From an uncultured Thermoplasmata archaeon (GTDB lineage: Archaea > Thermoplasmatota > Thermoplasmata > Lutacidiplasmatales > UBA184), in NCBI GenBank assembly GCA_963735185.1, contig CAVTJV010000007.1, positions 328,161 through 392,160 on the forward strand: a stretch of DNA of 64,000 bases. The letters are read 5' to 3'. The first letter of the stretch is position 1; each line of letters opens with the position of its first letter. The notes beneath the pieces are model-generated. The model saw nothing but the letters and a program-made list of their open reading frames with translations, did no database searches and was not told the DNA's origin. The translations under genes were made by a program, and so were the position numbers. Shown here piece by piece: positions 8,658 through 18,466 of the stretch.

Positions 8658-8666
8658 GATAAAAGG
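8658..8666 (-). promoter_or_regulatory. TATA box of the TrmB-like regulator gene
   Basis: Minus strand reads CCTTTTATC. Its centre is 26 nt upstream of GTG 8636, implying a leaderless mRNA. Confidence 0.55.
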
Positions 8667-8710
8667 ACGAAGGTGGCGGAAGTTCGGACTCTCTCGCAGG
8701 GGAGAGAGGA

Positions 8711-9367
8711 TCAGAGCGCGGCCTGGAAGTCCTCGATCGTGAGCGGGTACTCGAGCTCGGCGACGCCGGCGCGCGCCTTCAGGACCTCGCGGGCAAGGAG
8801 CCAGTAGACCGTCGCCAGGGCGACGCGGCCCTTGTTGTTGGCCGGGATCACGAAATCGACGTCCCGGGTCTCGTTGTTGACATCGCACAGCCCGACCACC
8901 GGGATCCCGATCGAGACCGCCTCACTGAGCGCCTGCTGGTCCGTGGCCGGGTCGGTGACGACGAGGACCTTCGGCTCGAAGTACTCCTCGAGGTTGGGGT
9001 TGGTAAGGCAGCCGGGGACGAACCGCTCGGCGAAGGAGACCGCCCCGAGCGTCTTCGCGAAGACCCGAACCGGCTTCTGGCCGTACTGCCGTTGGGAGAC
9101 CACCAGGATCCGGTCGGCGGGGAAGCGCGCCAGGAACTTCGCCCCGAGGCGGATCCGCCGGTCGGTCTCGCGGACATCGAGAACGTGGAGCCCGTCGAAT
9201 CGGACCTTGAAGACGAACCGGCGCATGGACGCCGACTTCTGCTGCGTCCCGATGTGGACGCCCGACGTGAGGTACGTGTCCTCGGGGATCAGGAGCTCGC
9301 CCGGCTGGATGTCCTGGCCATCGCTCGCCGTCATCGGCTCTTGGATCAGGGTCTCGTCGTCGGGCAT
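8711..9367 (-). CDS. rps2: 30S ribosomal protein uS2
   Basis: LTSGVHIGTQQKSASMRRFVFKVRFDGLHVLDV and the rest match archaeal S2. ATG 9367 lies 4 nt after the enolase stop. Confidence 0.9.
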   Translation of the reverse strand: MPDDETLIQEPMTASDGQDIQPGELLIPEDTYLTSGVHIGTQQKSASMRRFVFKVRFDGLHVLDVRETDRRIRLGAKFLARFPADRILVVSQRQYGQKPVRVFAKTLGAVSFAERFVPGCLTNPNLEEYFEPKVLVVTDPATDQQALSEAVSIGIPVVGLCDVNNETRDVDFVIPANNKGRVALATVYWLLAREVLKARAGVAELEYPLTIEDFQAAL

Positions 9368-9371
9368 CTCG

Positions 9372-10586
9372 TCAGGTTCCGGTGGCGCGGCCGAGCCGCA
9401 GGAGTTCATTTAGCTTTGCCACCCGCTCTCCGCCGAGAATTCCGCACTTTAACCCCCGGGCGCCGGTCCCGAGCGCCACGTGGGCGAGCCAACCCTCCGG
9501 CACTTCGCCGGACCGGTGGGAGGTCACCGTCGAGATCCCTCGGCTCCTCGCCAGGTCGACGGTCGCGAACGTGTCGGTGAGGGTTCCGACCTGGTTGACC
9601 TTGATGAGGATCGAGTTGGTCGAGTTCCGCTCGAGGCCGACCCGGAACCTCTTCTCGTTCGTGACGAAGAGGTCGTCGCCGACGACCAGGGTCCGCCCTC
9701 CGACCGCCTTCGTGAAGGCGGCGAACGCGTCGAACGCTTCCTCTTCGAACGGGTCCTCCACGTAGCGCAGTCCGAACCGGTCGACCAGCTTCGAAACGAA
9801 GCCGACCTGGCCCTCGGTGTCCAGGGTCTGCTCGCGGTAACGGTACTTTCCGTCCTCGTAGAACTCGCTGGCGGCGAGGTCGAGGCCCGGATGCACCTCG
9901 AGGTGGAGCTCATCGCGCGCCTTTGCGCAAGCGTCCGTGAGGATCTCGAGCGCCTCGAGGTTCGAGACCCCGGCGACCCATCCTCCCTCGTCCCCTCGGG
10001 CGAGGGCGGCCTTCGGGAGCCGCCGGTGCAGTTCCTCCCCTACGAGGCCGTGCACCCGTACGGCCGCCCGGATGGAGTCCTCGGGCCGAGGGCAGTCGGC
10101 GAACGCGAGGAACTCCTGGATGTCGGGACCTCCGATCGCGTGTCGGCCCCCGTTCAAGCAGTTGCCCGCGATCGCGGGGAACGTGCGACCGTCGACGCCC
10201 GGGCGGGCCAGGACCTTCCAGAGGGGTCGGCCGGTCTCCTCGGCGAAAGCCATCGCAGCGGCAACGGAGACCGCCGTCGCCGTGTTCCCCCCGATGCGGG
10301 AGAAGTCCGGGGTCCCGTCGACCTCGTGCAACGCCGCGTCCACCGCCCGCTGGTCCGAGGCATCCAGTCCTACCAACCGGGGAGCTACGCGCGCCCGGAA
10401 CGTGGCGAGCGCTTCGGGAACCCCCCCTTTCGGGAACGCCACAACCTCGTGCGCTCCCGTGCTCGCCCCGCTCGGTGCTCCCGCGCGGCCCCGAGCCCCG
10501 GAGGAGAGCACGAGGGTCGCCTCCACCGTGAGCCGGCCGCGGCTGTCGTAGATCCCGAAAAGGTCCGCGGAGGCGACCTGGCTCAT
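9372..10586 (-). CDS. eno: enolase
   Basis: SGASTGAHEV, ...IKVNQVGTLT..., SHRSGE motifs. 404 aa. ATGA overlap with the upstream epimerase gene. Confidence 0.9.
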   Translation of the reverse strand: MSQVASADLFGIYDSRGRLTVEATLVLSSGARGRAGAPSGASTGAHEVVAFPKGGVPEALATFRARVAPRLVGLDASDQRAVDAALHEVDGTPDFSRIGGNTATAVSVAAAMAFAEETGRPLWKVLARPGVDGRTFPAIAGNCLNGGRHAIGGPDIQEFLAFADCPRPEDSIRAAVRVHGLVGEELHRRLPKAALARGDEGGWVAGVSNLEALEILTDACAKARDELHLEVHPGLDLAASEFYEDGKYRYREQTLDTEGQVGFVSKLVDRFGLRYVEDPFEEEAFDAFAAFTKAVGGRTLVVGDDLFVTNEKRFRVGLERNSTNSILIKVNQVGTLTDTFATVDLARSRGISTVTSHRSGEVPEGWLAHVALGTGARGLKCGILGGERVAKLNELLRLGRATGT

Positions 10587-10981
10587 GGGGACTCCTCTAC
10601 GAACTCGACCAGAACGCCACCGAACGCCGAGGGGTGCGCGAACCCAACGCGGTGACCACGGGCTCCCGCGCGCGCATGCTGGTCGATCAGACGACCGCCG
10701 CGCGCGGCCACATCGGCAAGCGCGACGTCCACGTCCGGCACGGAGAAGGCAATATGGTGGATCCCTCCGCCCCGAGTGGCGAGGAACTTCGATACCGGTG
10801 ACTTGAGCCCGGTCGGCTCGACGAGCTCGACATCGGTCCCCCCGCCGGAAAGGAACGCGACCCGCACCTGGCTTCCCGGAACCTCCTCGGGGGGCGACGT
10901 CGGCGCGCCGAGCACCGGCCGCCAGCGCGCGAGCGCTTCCGAGAGGTTCGCGACGACGAACCCTACGTGGTCGAGCTTCAT
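10583..10981 (-). CDS. methylmalonyl-CoA epimerase (VOC/glyoxalase fold)
   Basis: MKLDHVGFVV..., GGGIHHIAFSVPDVD and VLVEFVE match the epimerase family. It lies directly downstream of the mutase gene. Confidence 0.85.
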   Translation of the reverse strand: MKLDHVGFVVANLSEALARWRPVLGAPTSPPEEVPGSQVRVAFLSGGGTDVELVEPTGLKSPVSKFLATRGGGIHHIAFSVPDVDVALADVAARGGRLIDQHARAGARGHRVGFAHPSAFGGVLVEFVEESP

Positions 10982-10989
10982 CGGCCCTC

Positions 10990-12670
10990 CTAGAACGTGG
11001 TCGAGGGGGGCTGTTCTCCGAAACAGGACCTCCACACGCCCGCGACCTCGCCGAGGGTGCACCCGGCCCGGACCGCCTTCAGGACGGACGACATTACGTT
11101 AGCGCCGTGGTCGGTCGTGGCCCGGAGCTCGGTCAGCGCGGCATCGACCGCCGCCCGGTCGCGTTCTCGGCGCCAGCGACGGAGCCGCGCTACCTGCGCC
11201 CGCTCCTCGGCGGGCGTGATCCGCTGCGTGTGCACGCCGGGACTCCCGCCCTGCTCGAAGAGCGAGAACCGAGGGTTCCCTTCCGTGAACTCGTTGACGC
11301 CGACCACGACCTCCTCCTTCCGCTCCCGGGCCCGGGCAACGCGGTACGCCTCCTTCGAGATCTCGCCCGAGATGAACCCCCGCTGGATCGCGACGAGCGC
11401 GCCTCCCATCTGCTCGATCCGGTCGAGATACTCCCGGGCGTCGGCCTCGATCCGGTCGGTCAGGTACTCGACCTCGTAGGAGCCTCCGAGGGGGTCCACC
11501 GTGTTCGTGACCCCGGATTCCTCGGCCAGGATCTGCTGGGTCCTTAGCGCGAGCCGGGCCGACGCCTCTGTCGGGAGGCCGAGCGCTTCGTCGAGCGCGT
11601 TGGTGTGCAAGGACTGCGTGCCGCCTAGGACCGCGGCGAGCGCCTCGAGGGTCGTGCGCACGACGTTCAGTTCGGGCTGCTGGGCCGTGAGGCTCGACCC
11701 TGCGGTCTGGGTATGGAAGCGGAGCTGCTTCGAGCGGCTCCCCTTCGCTCCGAACTCGTCGGTCACGATCCGGGCCCAGAGCCGCCGGGCCGCGCGGAAC
11801 TTCGCGACCTCCTCGAGGAAGTTCCGGTCGGAGGAGAAGAAGAACGAGAGCCGGGGAAGGAACTCGTCCAGGTCGAGGCCGCGCTCGCGCACCGCCTTCA
11901 CGTACGCGATGGCGTTCGCTAGCGTGAACGCCACTTCCTGGACCGCGGTCGCCCCGGCCTCGCGCATGTGATAGCCCGAGACCGAGATGTAGTTCCACTG
12001 GGGCATTTCGCGGGTCGCGAACTCGACCAGGTCGACCGTGAGCCGCAGCGAGGGGCCCGGTGGGTAGATGTACGTCCCGCGGGCGATGTACTCCTTCAGA
12101 ACGTCATTCTGGACGGTCCCGCCGAGCCGGGCCCGGGGCACTCCGTTCTCCTCGGCGACCGCGACCAGGAGGGCGAGGAGGATCGGCGCCGTGGCGTTGA
12201 TCGTCATCGAGACGGTGGCCCGGTCGAGCGGGATCCCACCGAAGAGCGTCCGCATGTCGCCGAGCGACGCGACCGGGACGCCGCACCGACCGACCTCGCC
12301 GTGGGAGCGGGGATGGTCGGAGTCGTAGCCGTTCTGCGTCGGGAGGTCGAACGCGACCGAAAGCCCCGTCTGGCCGCCCTTGAGGAGGAACTGGAACCGC
12401 TCGTTCGTCGCCGCGGCGCTCCCGAACCCCGAGTACCTGCCGGAGCGTCCAGAGCCGACCTCGGTACATCGTGGGCTGGATCCCCCGGGTGAACGGGGGC
12501 TCGCCGGGGAAGCCGACCTGCTCGAGGAACGCCCCGTCGGGGTCGGGGGGAGGGTCGACCAGCAGCGGAAGACGACCGCCCTCGGTGCGGGGGCCGATCG
12601 CTCGGCGAGCGGCCTTCACCCAGCGGCTGCGCGCCGCCGACGCCTTGGGGTCGCGCCGAGACCGGGCCAT
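10990..12670 (-). CDS. methylmalonyl-CoA mutase, catalytic (large) subunit; frame broken by one extra nt at 12433-12437
   Basis: [23 protein letters not shown] (ORF 12104-12754) continues as [42 protein letters not shown] in the frame of ORF 10990-12255. The repaired length is 559 aa. Confidence 0.85.
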
Positions 12671-12693
12671 CGTCGATGGACCGGGGAGCGATA

Positions 12694-14388
12694 TTAAGCG
12701 GTTCCGCGACGCGCGACGAGGGGCCAGAGGGCCGTGAGGTCGACCTCGGCCCACGCCACGGGGACGGGGACGCCCAGCTCTTCGAGCAACGCCGGCGCGA
12801 CCTCGCCCAGCTCGGCGACCACATCCCCGGCGACCCGAACGCGTGCGGCGCGTCCGCTCGTTATCCCCGGGACCTCCGTGGGTTCTCGTACCCCGGTCAC
12901 ATCGATCGAACGGAGCAGGTACTCGACCAAGGCCGCGGCCTCCGCGAAGCCGGCGGTGTCGGAGGCGACGATGAGCCCCGCATGGTAGTGCGTCTCCCCG
13001 CCGGTGTCGGAACCGGGCGCCGCCACCACCACGGGGGCGACCTCCCCGAAACGCTGCGGGTAGCCGCGACGGGTGTTGTGGGCGAGCACCTCGAGATGCG
13101 AGAGCAGGAGGCGGTTCCTCAGGAACGCGAACTCGTCCGAGACCGGGTTGCGGAGGTGCAACGGGGCCTCGCCCCCGACCCGGGTGACAGCCGACTGGGA
13201 GACCAGGAGCGGAGTGTGCGGAGCGGCCATGCCAAGCCCGAGGAGCGTGGACGCGAACCGACGGCGGAAGAGCGTCTCGTGGCGGAGCCGCCCGCGGGTG
13301 CGGCTGGGGGGCAGGAGCCCATCCTCAGGACGGACTCCGTCGGCCAGGAGAACATCCTCCGCGACATCGACCGGGGTAAGGAGGTCGGGTCGCCACGGGG
13401 GCGCCTCGACCTTCCAGCCGGCGGGATGAGGATGCCCCCGGAGCCGTGCCTGAGCGAGCCGCCGCTCGACGACCTCCGCGGGCGGCAATTCCCCCCCGAG
13501 TGACCGGAGTACCGAAGAGGGTAGGTCGACCGAGTGGGTGTGGATCAACGAGGTTCCGTCCGAGCGGGCGCCACCCTCACGAGCGACCGGGACCGGAGTG
13601 ACGGACCAGCCCTGCGCGACGAAGACCACCAGGAGCAGCCCGACCGCCTCGGCTGCGCTGCGTTCGCGGGTCCCGGTCCCCTCGATCAGGAGTTCTCGGT
13701 CCCCAACGCGAGCCTCTCCGGCGGCTCGACCGTTCAGGATCGGCGGTAGGCTGAGGATCGCCCCTTCGGCATCTCGGAGCGTGAGGCACGAATCGCCCTG
13801 ACGCCCGAGCGGCCCGTACGTCTGCGCCATGGGGTGGTCCCGGAAGAACTCGGCGGCACCGACCTCTTCCGAGCCGTCGAGCGGTACGAATCGGACGGAC
13901 GCCATCGGTTCGAGCGAGTAGCGGACCGGGAACTCGAGGCGTTCCACCGGGTAGATCCCTAGGCTCGCCGCCCGTCGGTCCCGTCCGATCGTGGCGTGAA
14001 GGAGCTCCTGGAAGCGCACCGCTTCCGCGAGGAGCCCGGCGTCGAGCGACCGACCCTGCGGAGCACGGACCAGCGCTCCGACGATCGCGGGGCGAAGCGG
14101 TTCCACCGAGCGGTCGACCTCGAACCCGGATGCGAGGTCGTCGGTCGCCGCGGCTCGGTACGACGGGATCCCGTGGGCCGCTTCGAGAACGCCCTGTAGG
14201 TAGAGACCCAGTCCCCCCTCCGAGAGGAGGTCGAGCCGGTCCGGCGTCACCGAGACCGTGAGCGTGGCACCGTCATGGCCTTCCACCTCGGCCTTCGACG
14301 CGAAGAGAAGGTCGTCCAGCTCGCTGTCCCGGAGCTGCCGCCCGGCGAGGGAGAGCAGGCGGTCCGTGTCCAGCACCGCGCGCGGCAT
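12694..14388 (-). CDS. pheT: phenylalanine--tRNA ligase beta subunit
   Basis: Internal ATG 14388 ([16 protein letters not shown]...) lies 3 nt after the pheS stop. 564 aa, archaeal PheT-like layout. Confidence 0.85.
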   Translation of the reverse strand: MPRAVLDTDRLLSLAGRQLRDSELDDLLFASKAEVEGHDGATLTVSVTPDRLDLLSEGGLGLYLQGVLEAAHGIPSYRAAATDDLASGFEVDRSVEPLRPAIVGALVRAPQGRSLDAGLLAEAVRFQELLHATIGRDRRAASLGIYPVERLEFPVRYSLEPMASVRFVPLDGSEEVGAAEFFRDHPMAQTYGPLGRQGDSCLTLRDAEGAILSLPPILNGRAAGEARVGDRELLIEGTGTRERSAAEAVGLLLVVFVAQGWSVTPVPVAREGGARSDGTSLIHTHSVDLPSSVLRSLGGELPPAEVVERRLAQARLRGHPHPAGWKVEAPPWRPDLLTPVDVAEDVLLADGVRPEDGLLPPSRTRGRLRHETLFRRRFASTLLGLGMAAPHTPLLVSQSAVTRVGGEAPLHLRNPVSDEFAFLRNRLLLSHLEVLAHNTRRGYPQRFGEVAPVVVAAPGSDTGGETHYHAGLIVASDTAGFAEAAALVEYLLRSIDVTGVREPTEVPGITSGRAARVRVAGDVVAELGEVAPALLEELGVPVPVAWAEVDLTALWPLVARRGTA

Positions 14389-14390
14389 CG

Positions 14391-15854
14391 CTACGGGCTC
14401 CCTCCCGTGAGCGCGGCCAGGTCGTCTTGGAACAGCTCGCGGATGTCGTTGCAGCCGAGGGCGACCATCGCGAGCCGCGTGACCCCAATCCCCCACGCAA
14501 GGACCGGCACTTCGACGCCTAACGGGCGGAGCACCTCCGGCCGCAGGATCCCGCCGGGGAACACCTCCATCCATCCGAGGCGGGGATGACGAACGTACCC
14601 CTCGATCGATGGCTCGGTGAACGGGAAATAGCTCGGTCGGATCTTCATCTCGCGAAGCCCGATCGCTTCGGCGAGCGTGGTGAACATCCCGACGAGATGG
14701 CGGAGGTCGAGGCCCTCCTCTCCGATGATCCCCTCGCACTGGTGGAACTCGAGGTGATGGCGAGCGTCGACCTCTTCGCGACGGAAGTTGCGGTCGATCG
14801 AGAACATCCGGAACGGGGGGGTCGGATTCCGCGCGAGGTACCGGGCCGAGACAGCGGTCGTCTGCGAGCGAAGCACCGAGCGGACGGCAACCCGCGCGTC
14901 GTACGACCCGGGCCACCCCGGTCCGAGGGGCGCCGTCATGCCCGGGAGGGGACGCCCCTCGTGCACCGCGGCGACGCGGGCGAGCAGGTCCGGTGGGGGC
15001 GGCTGTCCCTCGATTCCCTCGACCGAGAGCGCATCATGGATCGACCTCGCCGGGTGGTCCTGGGGCATGAACAGGGCGTCGTTGTTCCAGAACTCGGTCT
15101 CGAGGAGAGGCCCTTCGGCCTGCTCGAACCCGAGGCCGACCAGGACCCCCTCGAACTCTTCGAGCCACGCGATGTACGGGTTGGGCCGTGCCCCGGTCAG
15201 GTAGGGCACGGCGGCTCGGACGTCGTAGGGCCGGAACGTCCGGCCCCGCCAACCCCCCGACCGCAAAAGGTCGGAGGTGAGCGAGCCGACGAGTTCCTCC
15301 CCCTCGGGGGCGAGCGGGAGCCGCCGACCCTCTTCCGAGGCCGACCAGCGCTTGATCGAACGACGCTCGCGGCGGACCAGGCCGCGCCGCTCGAGCGCGT
15401 CGACGATCGCCGGGTCGGTGTCGATCGACCCTTCCGCGACCTGCTTCAGCACGGTCTCTTCCGGAAGGAAATCCTCGGCAAGCGCGGCGTCGGGCCTCAG
15501 CCGGAACGGAGGCCCTTCGGCGAGCAGCCTGCGTCGTCGCAGGATCCCAATCGCCGCCGACCTCTCCTCGTCCTCGAGCCCGGCCTCCGTCACCTCGTCC
15601 GGGGTTAGGGACCCGCCATGCCGCTGAAGCGCGTCCAAGAACCTCCGCTCCGGTAGACCTCTCGCGAGCGCCCCTTCCCCTTTCGGAGTGAGACGCGAGA
15701 TCGTCTCGTGCTCCTCCTCGACCAGCGCAAGACGTTTCGACCGGAGACGCTGGAGGCTTCCGCGTACCTGGTCGGGCGGTAATCCAACCTCGCGTCCGAG
15801 CGATTCCTCGTCGAGAGCGGCACCCCCCCGCTCGCGCAAGGCGACCAACAGCAA
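14391..15854 (-). CDS. pheS: phenylalanine--tRNA ligase alpha subunit (start codon unresolved)
   Basis: Class II core FRREEVDARHHLEFHQCEG and YFPFTEPS. There is no in-frame ATG/GTG near the conserved N-terminus (LSGPERLLLVAL), so TTG 15854 is used provisionally. ATG 15901, with GAGG upstream, is in the +1 frame. Confidence 0.8.
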   Translation of the reverse strand: MLLVALRERGGAALDEESLGREVGLPPDQVRGSLQRLRSKRLALVEEEHETISRLTPKGEGALARGLPERRFLDALQRHGGSLTPDEVTEAGLEDEERSAAIGILRRRRLLAEGPPFRLRPDAALAEDFLPEETVLKQVAEGSIDTDPAIVDALERRGLVRRERRSIKRWSASEEGRRLPLAPEGEELVGSLTSDLLRSGGWRGRTFRPYDVRAAVPYLTGARPNPYIAWLEEFEGVLVGLGFEQAEGPLLETEFWNNDALFMPQDHPARSIHDALSVEGIEGQPPPPDLLARVAAVHEGRPLPGMTAPLGPGWPGSYDARVAVRSVLRSQTTAVSARYLARNPTPPFRMFSIDRNFRREEVDARHHLEFHQCEGIIGEEGLDLRHLVGMFTTLAEAIGLREMKIRPSYFPFTEPSIEGYVRHPRLGWMEVFPGGILRPEVLRPLGVEVPVLAWGIGVTRLAMVALGCNDIRELFQDDLAALTGGSP

Positions 15855-15988
15855 GCGTTCCGGCCCCGAGAGAGCGACCGGGGCCGCCCCGACCGGGGCA
15901 TCCCCCGATGCCTCGGGCACAGGGAGCCGACAGGGCGGCCGGATTAAGTCCTTTGGGGGGCGCCCGCCGCCGACAGGAACGGGGGGTA

Positions 15989-18403
15989 CTATCGCGCCGA
16001 GGAAACCTCGGTCGGCAACGAGGGCGGAGGTCCCGGGGGACCGCGGGGAGCGGAGGGATCGGTCGCCGGCGGAGCGGCCGGGCCGGCGGGTGGAGAGGGC
16101 ACAGCGGCGGCGGTGGACGGTGGGGTCGTCACCGAGGGCGGCGGCGTCCGGGTCGGAGGTGGGGAGGGGGGTCGCGGGCGGCCCCGACCGATGAGATAGC
16201 CGACCGCCGCTGCGGTCCCCATGATCAGCACGAACGCGACCACGTTCTGAGGATACGCCTCGATCCCGACGAGCGCCGGGACGAAGCCGAGGAGGTTGAC
16301 GGCGAACGTCGTCGAGGCCGTCCCGTAGTACCCGTCGCTCGTCACCGAGACCTGGGTCGTTCCGTGCGACCCGAAGAAGCACGCCGGGACCGTCACGGCG
16401 AGGCTGACGGCCCCGGTCCCATTGCTCGCGAGGGTCTCCGACCCCCACACTCCCGCGCACGGTCCGTTCGAGTCGCTGGCCTGCAGACGGACGTCGACGG
16501 GGACGCCGACGATCGGGGTCCCACGGGTCCGGTTGGTCAGGTGGACGACCACCGTCACCGTGCCGCCCGGCGCGACGGCCGAGGGAGACGTGGAGACGGT
16601 CAGGTTCACGAACGTCGCGGTCAGGTCCTCGTACAGGAGGAGCGCGCGAGGCGAGCCCCAGCCCGTCTCCTCGTCCCAGCCTTTGCTCGCCGTACCGAGA
16701 CACGTGCTCCCGCTGGTGATGTCGGCGAGGCCCACCGGGTCCTTTCCGCTCTCTTGGGCCGCACCCACCGCGTAGAGCCGGGGCGTGATGAACCCGAGCT
16801 TGGTTCCGTACAGGGCGTCCATCTCGGCGATCAGGCCGCCCCAGAGCGGGGTCGCAAAGCTGGTGCCCGCCGCTACTGCGCTCACCCCGTTGTAGTAGAG
16901 GTAATTGTAGGTGGAGGCCGCGGAGACGTCGGGGGTCCCCCGATGGCCGTTCGCGGAGATCGGGGCGGCCGCGCTTCCGACCTCCTGCCAGGCGGGCGCG
17001 GCGGTGTCACCGGAGAACCCGCCGCCGCTGTCGCTCCAGGCCGATTCGCTCGCAAGCCCGGTGACCTGGCCCAGGAGGTTCCGGGCCAGCGTGGGGTCGG
17101 TTCCCCCCACGGCGATCACGTCCGCTACGTCGGAAGGATAGTCGGTGGAGACCGCCCCCATGCACGCGGCCCCGTCGACCCCCCCGAGGTCGCCGGTCGC
17201 CGCGAGGAGGGTGATCCCCTCTTGGGTCGCTGCCGCGAGGTCGGTGTCCCACGCGGCCGCGAGCGCTTGGCTCGACCCTTCGGGCGTCCCGAACGACATC
17301 GAAATCACGGAGACGCCAGGGATCCCGGTCACGGCCTCGTTCAATGCGTCCGCCATCGAGGCGACCGTCGGGGAGTAGTTCTGGTCCTTCGGGCCGTCGG
17401 GGGCGTAGACGGCGTCGAGCGCCGCTCCGGGGGCCATCGACCCGGCCCACTCCATGTCGAGCGTAAGTTCCTGGGGGGCCTTGCTGGGGTCGCTCGGGGC
17501 GTTCGCCGCTGGAGCCGGAGCTCCGTCGATGGGGAACGGCGTTATCGTGGGTCGGGGAAAGCTGCTCGGGTACTCGTTCGAGAAGAACGTGGAGAGGTCG
17601 CTGGGAGCGTACCCGTCCCCCCAGAGCAGGAGGGCGACCTTCTGGCCGGTGGCGTACCGCGCACCCCCGGAGACGTTGTAGAGCGAGGAGAAGTCATAGA
17701 TCTCCCTCGCGATCGCGGGAGTGACCAGGTCGTTCGACCCCTGGGCGGGTCCGGCCGAGGCGGGAGCAACGCCCGAGGGGAGCCCCGCGGGCAGCGAGAA
17801 CGTAACGAAGCCGCTCGAAAGCCCGGTGACGGACGCGACCGACGACTCGAGCCACCCGGGCAGGCTCGGCGAGGAGGCGGGGAACGTCACGGACCGGCCC
17901 TGGTAGGTCCCCGACTCGAGCTCGGTGCCGAACGCGCGCCCGACCGCGGTCGGGGTCCCTTCCACGGTGAGCGCGAGGCGGTCACCGCCCGAGTGGACCA
18001 CGGCGAGCCCCATCGATTCGAAGTACGACTGGGCAGCCGCGTACGCGTCGGGGGAGAGGCCGTACCGTTCGGCGATCTCCGCCACCGAGAGGGTATGGGA
18101 ACCGGACGGGGGGGCAAAGAACGACGGGTCGCTCGGCCGGAACGTGACGACCACGAGCTGCGAACCCACGGTCGGGACCACGTTCGAGACCGACCCGAGG
18201 TCCCCCCCATCGTAGCCGGCCCGCGTCGCGAACGAGCCGCTGTACACGGCGGAATCGAGCGTGGCTGCCGGGGAAGCCGTAGTGGAGGTCACGGCGCCGG
18301 AAGCGCCTACGGCTCCGGGAACGGCCGGAACGGCCATGAGCGCGATGACGAGAGCTCCGAGCACGACCCAGCGACCCGGGACGGCCCGTCGCCCGAACGT
18401 CAT
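15989..18403 (-). CDS. S53 (sedolisin/kumamolisin-like) serine-carboxyl peptidase, membrane anchored, Pro-rich tail
   Basis: Signal anchor, pro-kumamolisin-like propeptide, LDMEW (Glu), TGDLGG (Asp) and GTSFATPLW (Ser). C-terminal TM VVAFVLIMGTAAAVGYLIG, then a tail of ~65 Pro-rich residues. Confidence 0.8.
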   Translation of the reverse strand: MTFGRRAVPGRWVVLGALVIALMAVPAVPGAVGASGAVTSTTASPAATLDSAVYSGSFATRAGYDGGDLGSVSNVVPTVGSQLVVVTFRPSDPSFFAPPSGSHTLSVAEIAERYGLSPDAYAAAQSYFESMGLAVVHSGGDRLALTVEGTPTAVGRAFGTELESGTYQGRSVTFPASSPSLPGWLESSVASVTGLSSGFVTFSLPAGLPSGVAPASAGPAQGSNDLVTPAIAREIYDFSSLYNVSGGARYATGQKVALLLWGDGYAPSDLSTFFSNEYPSSFPRPTITPFPIDGAPAPAANAPSDPSKAPQELTLDMEWAGSMAPGAALDAVYAPDGPKDQNYSPTVASMADALNEAVTGIPGVSVISMSFGTPEGSSQALAAAWDTDLAAATQEGITLLAATGDLGGVDGAACMGAVSTDYPSDVADVIAVGGTDPTLARNLLGQVTGLASESAWSDSGGGFSGDTAAPAWQEVGSAAAPISANGHRGTPDVSAASTYNYLYYNGVSAVAAGTSFATPLWGGLIAEMDALYGTKLGFITPRLYAVGAAQESGKDPVGLADITSGSTCLGTASKGWDEETGWGSPRALLLYEDLTATFVNLTVSTSPSAVAPGGTVTVVVHLTNRTRGTPIVGVPVDVRLQASDSNGPCAGVWGSETLASNGTGAVSLAVTVPACFFGSHGTTQVSVTSDGYYGTASTTFAVNLLGFVPALVGIEAYPQNVVAFVLIMGTAAAVGYLIGRGRPRPPSPPPTRTPPPSVTTPPSTAAAVPSPPAGPAAPPATDPSAPRGPPGPPPSLPTEVSSAR

Positions 18404-18428
18404 CGCCCGTAGATGGAGCGGGACCTCG

Positions 18429-18457
18429 GAAAAAGCTTCCCGCTCCCCCTAGGGGAG
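18429..18457 (-). terminator. hairpin plus T5 tract downstream of the gltD-like gene (overlaps the candidate TATA of the S53 gene)
   Basis: Stem CTCCCC/GGGGAG at 18443-18457. It is followed on the minus strand by AAGCTTTTTCC (18428-18438), which lies ~30 nt upstream of ATG 18403. Confidence 0.45.
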
Positions 18458-18466
18458 GTCGGCGGC

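Noticed and set aside
15908-18412. 834-aa plus-strand ORF. Similar very long ORFs include 423-1604 (+), 41411-43915 (-), 7401-8807 (+) and 52064-53668 (+).
   Set aside because: They are Arg/Gly/Pro-rich with no motifs. They lie antisense to, or out of frame with, genes that have clear family signatures. Such stop-free shadow frames are expected in DNA this GC-rich.
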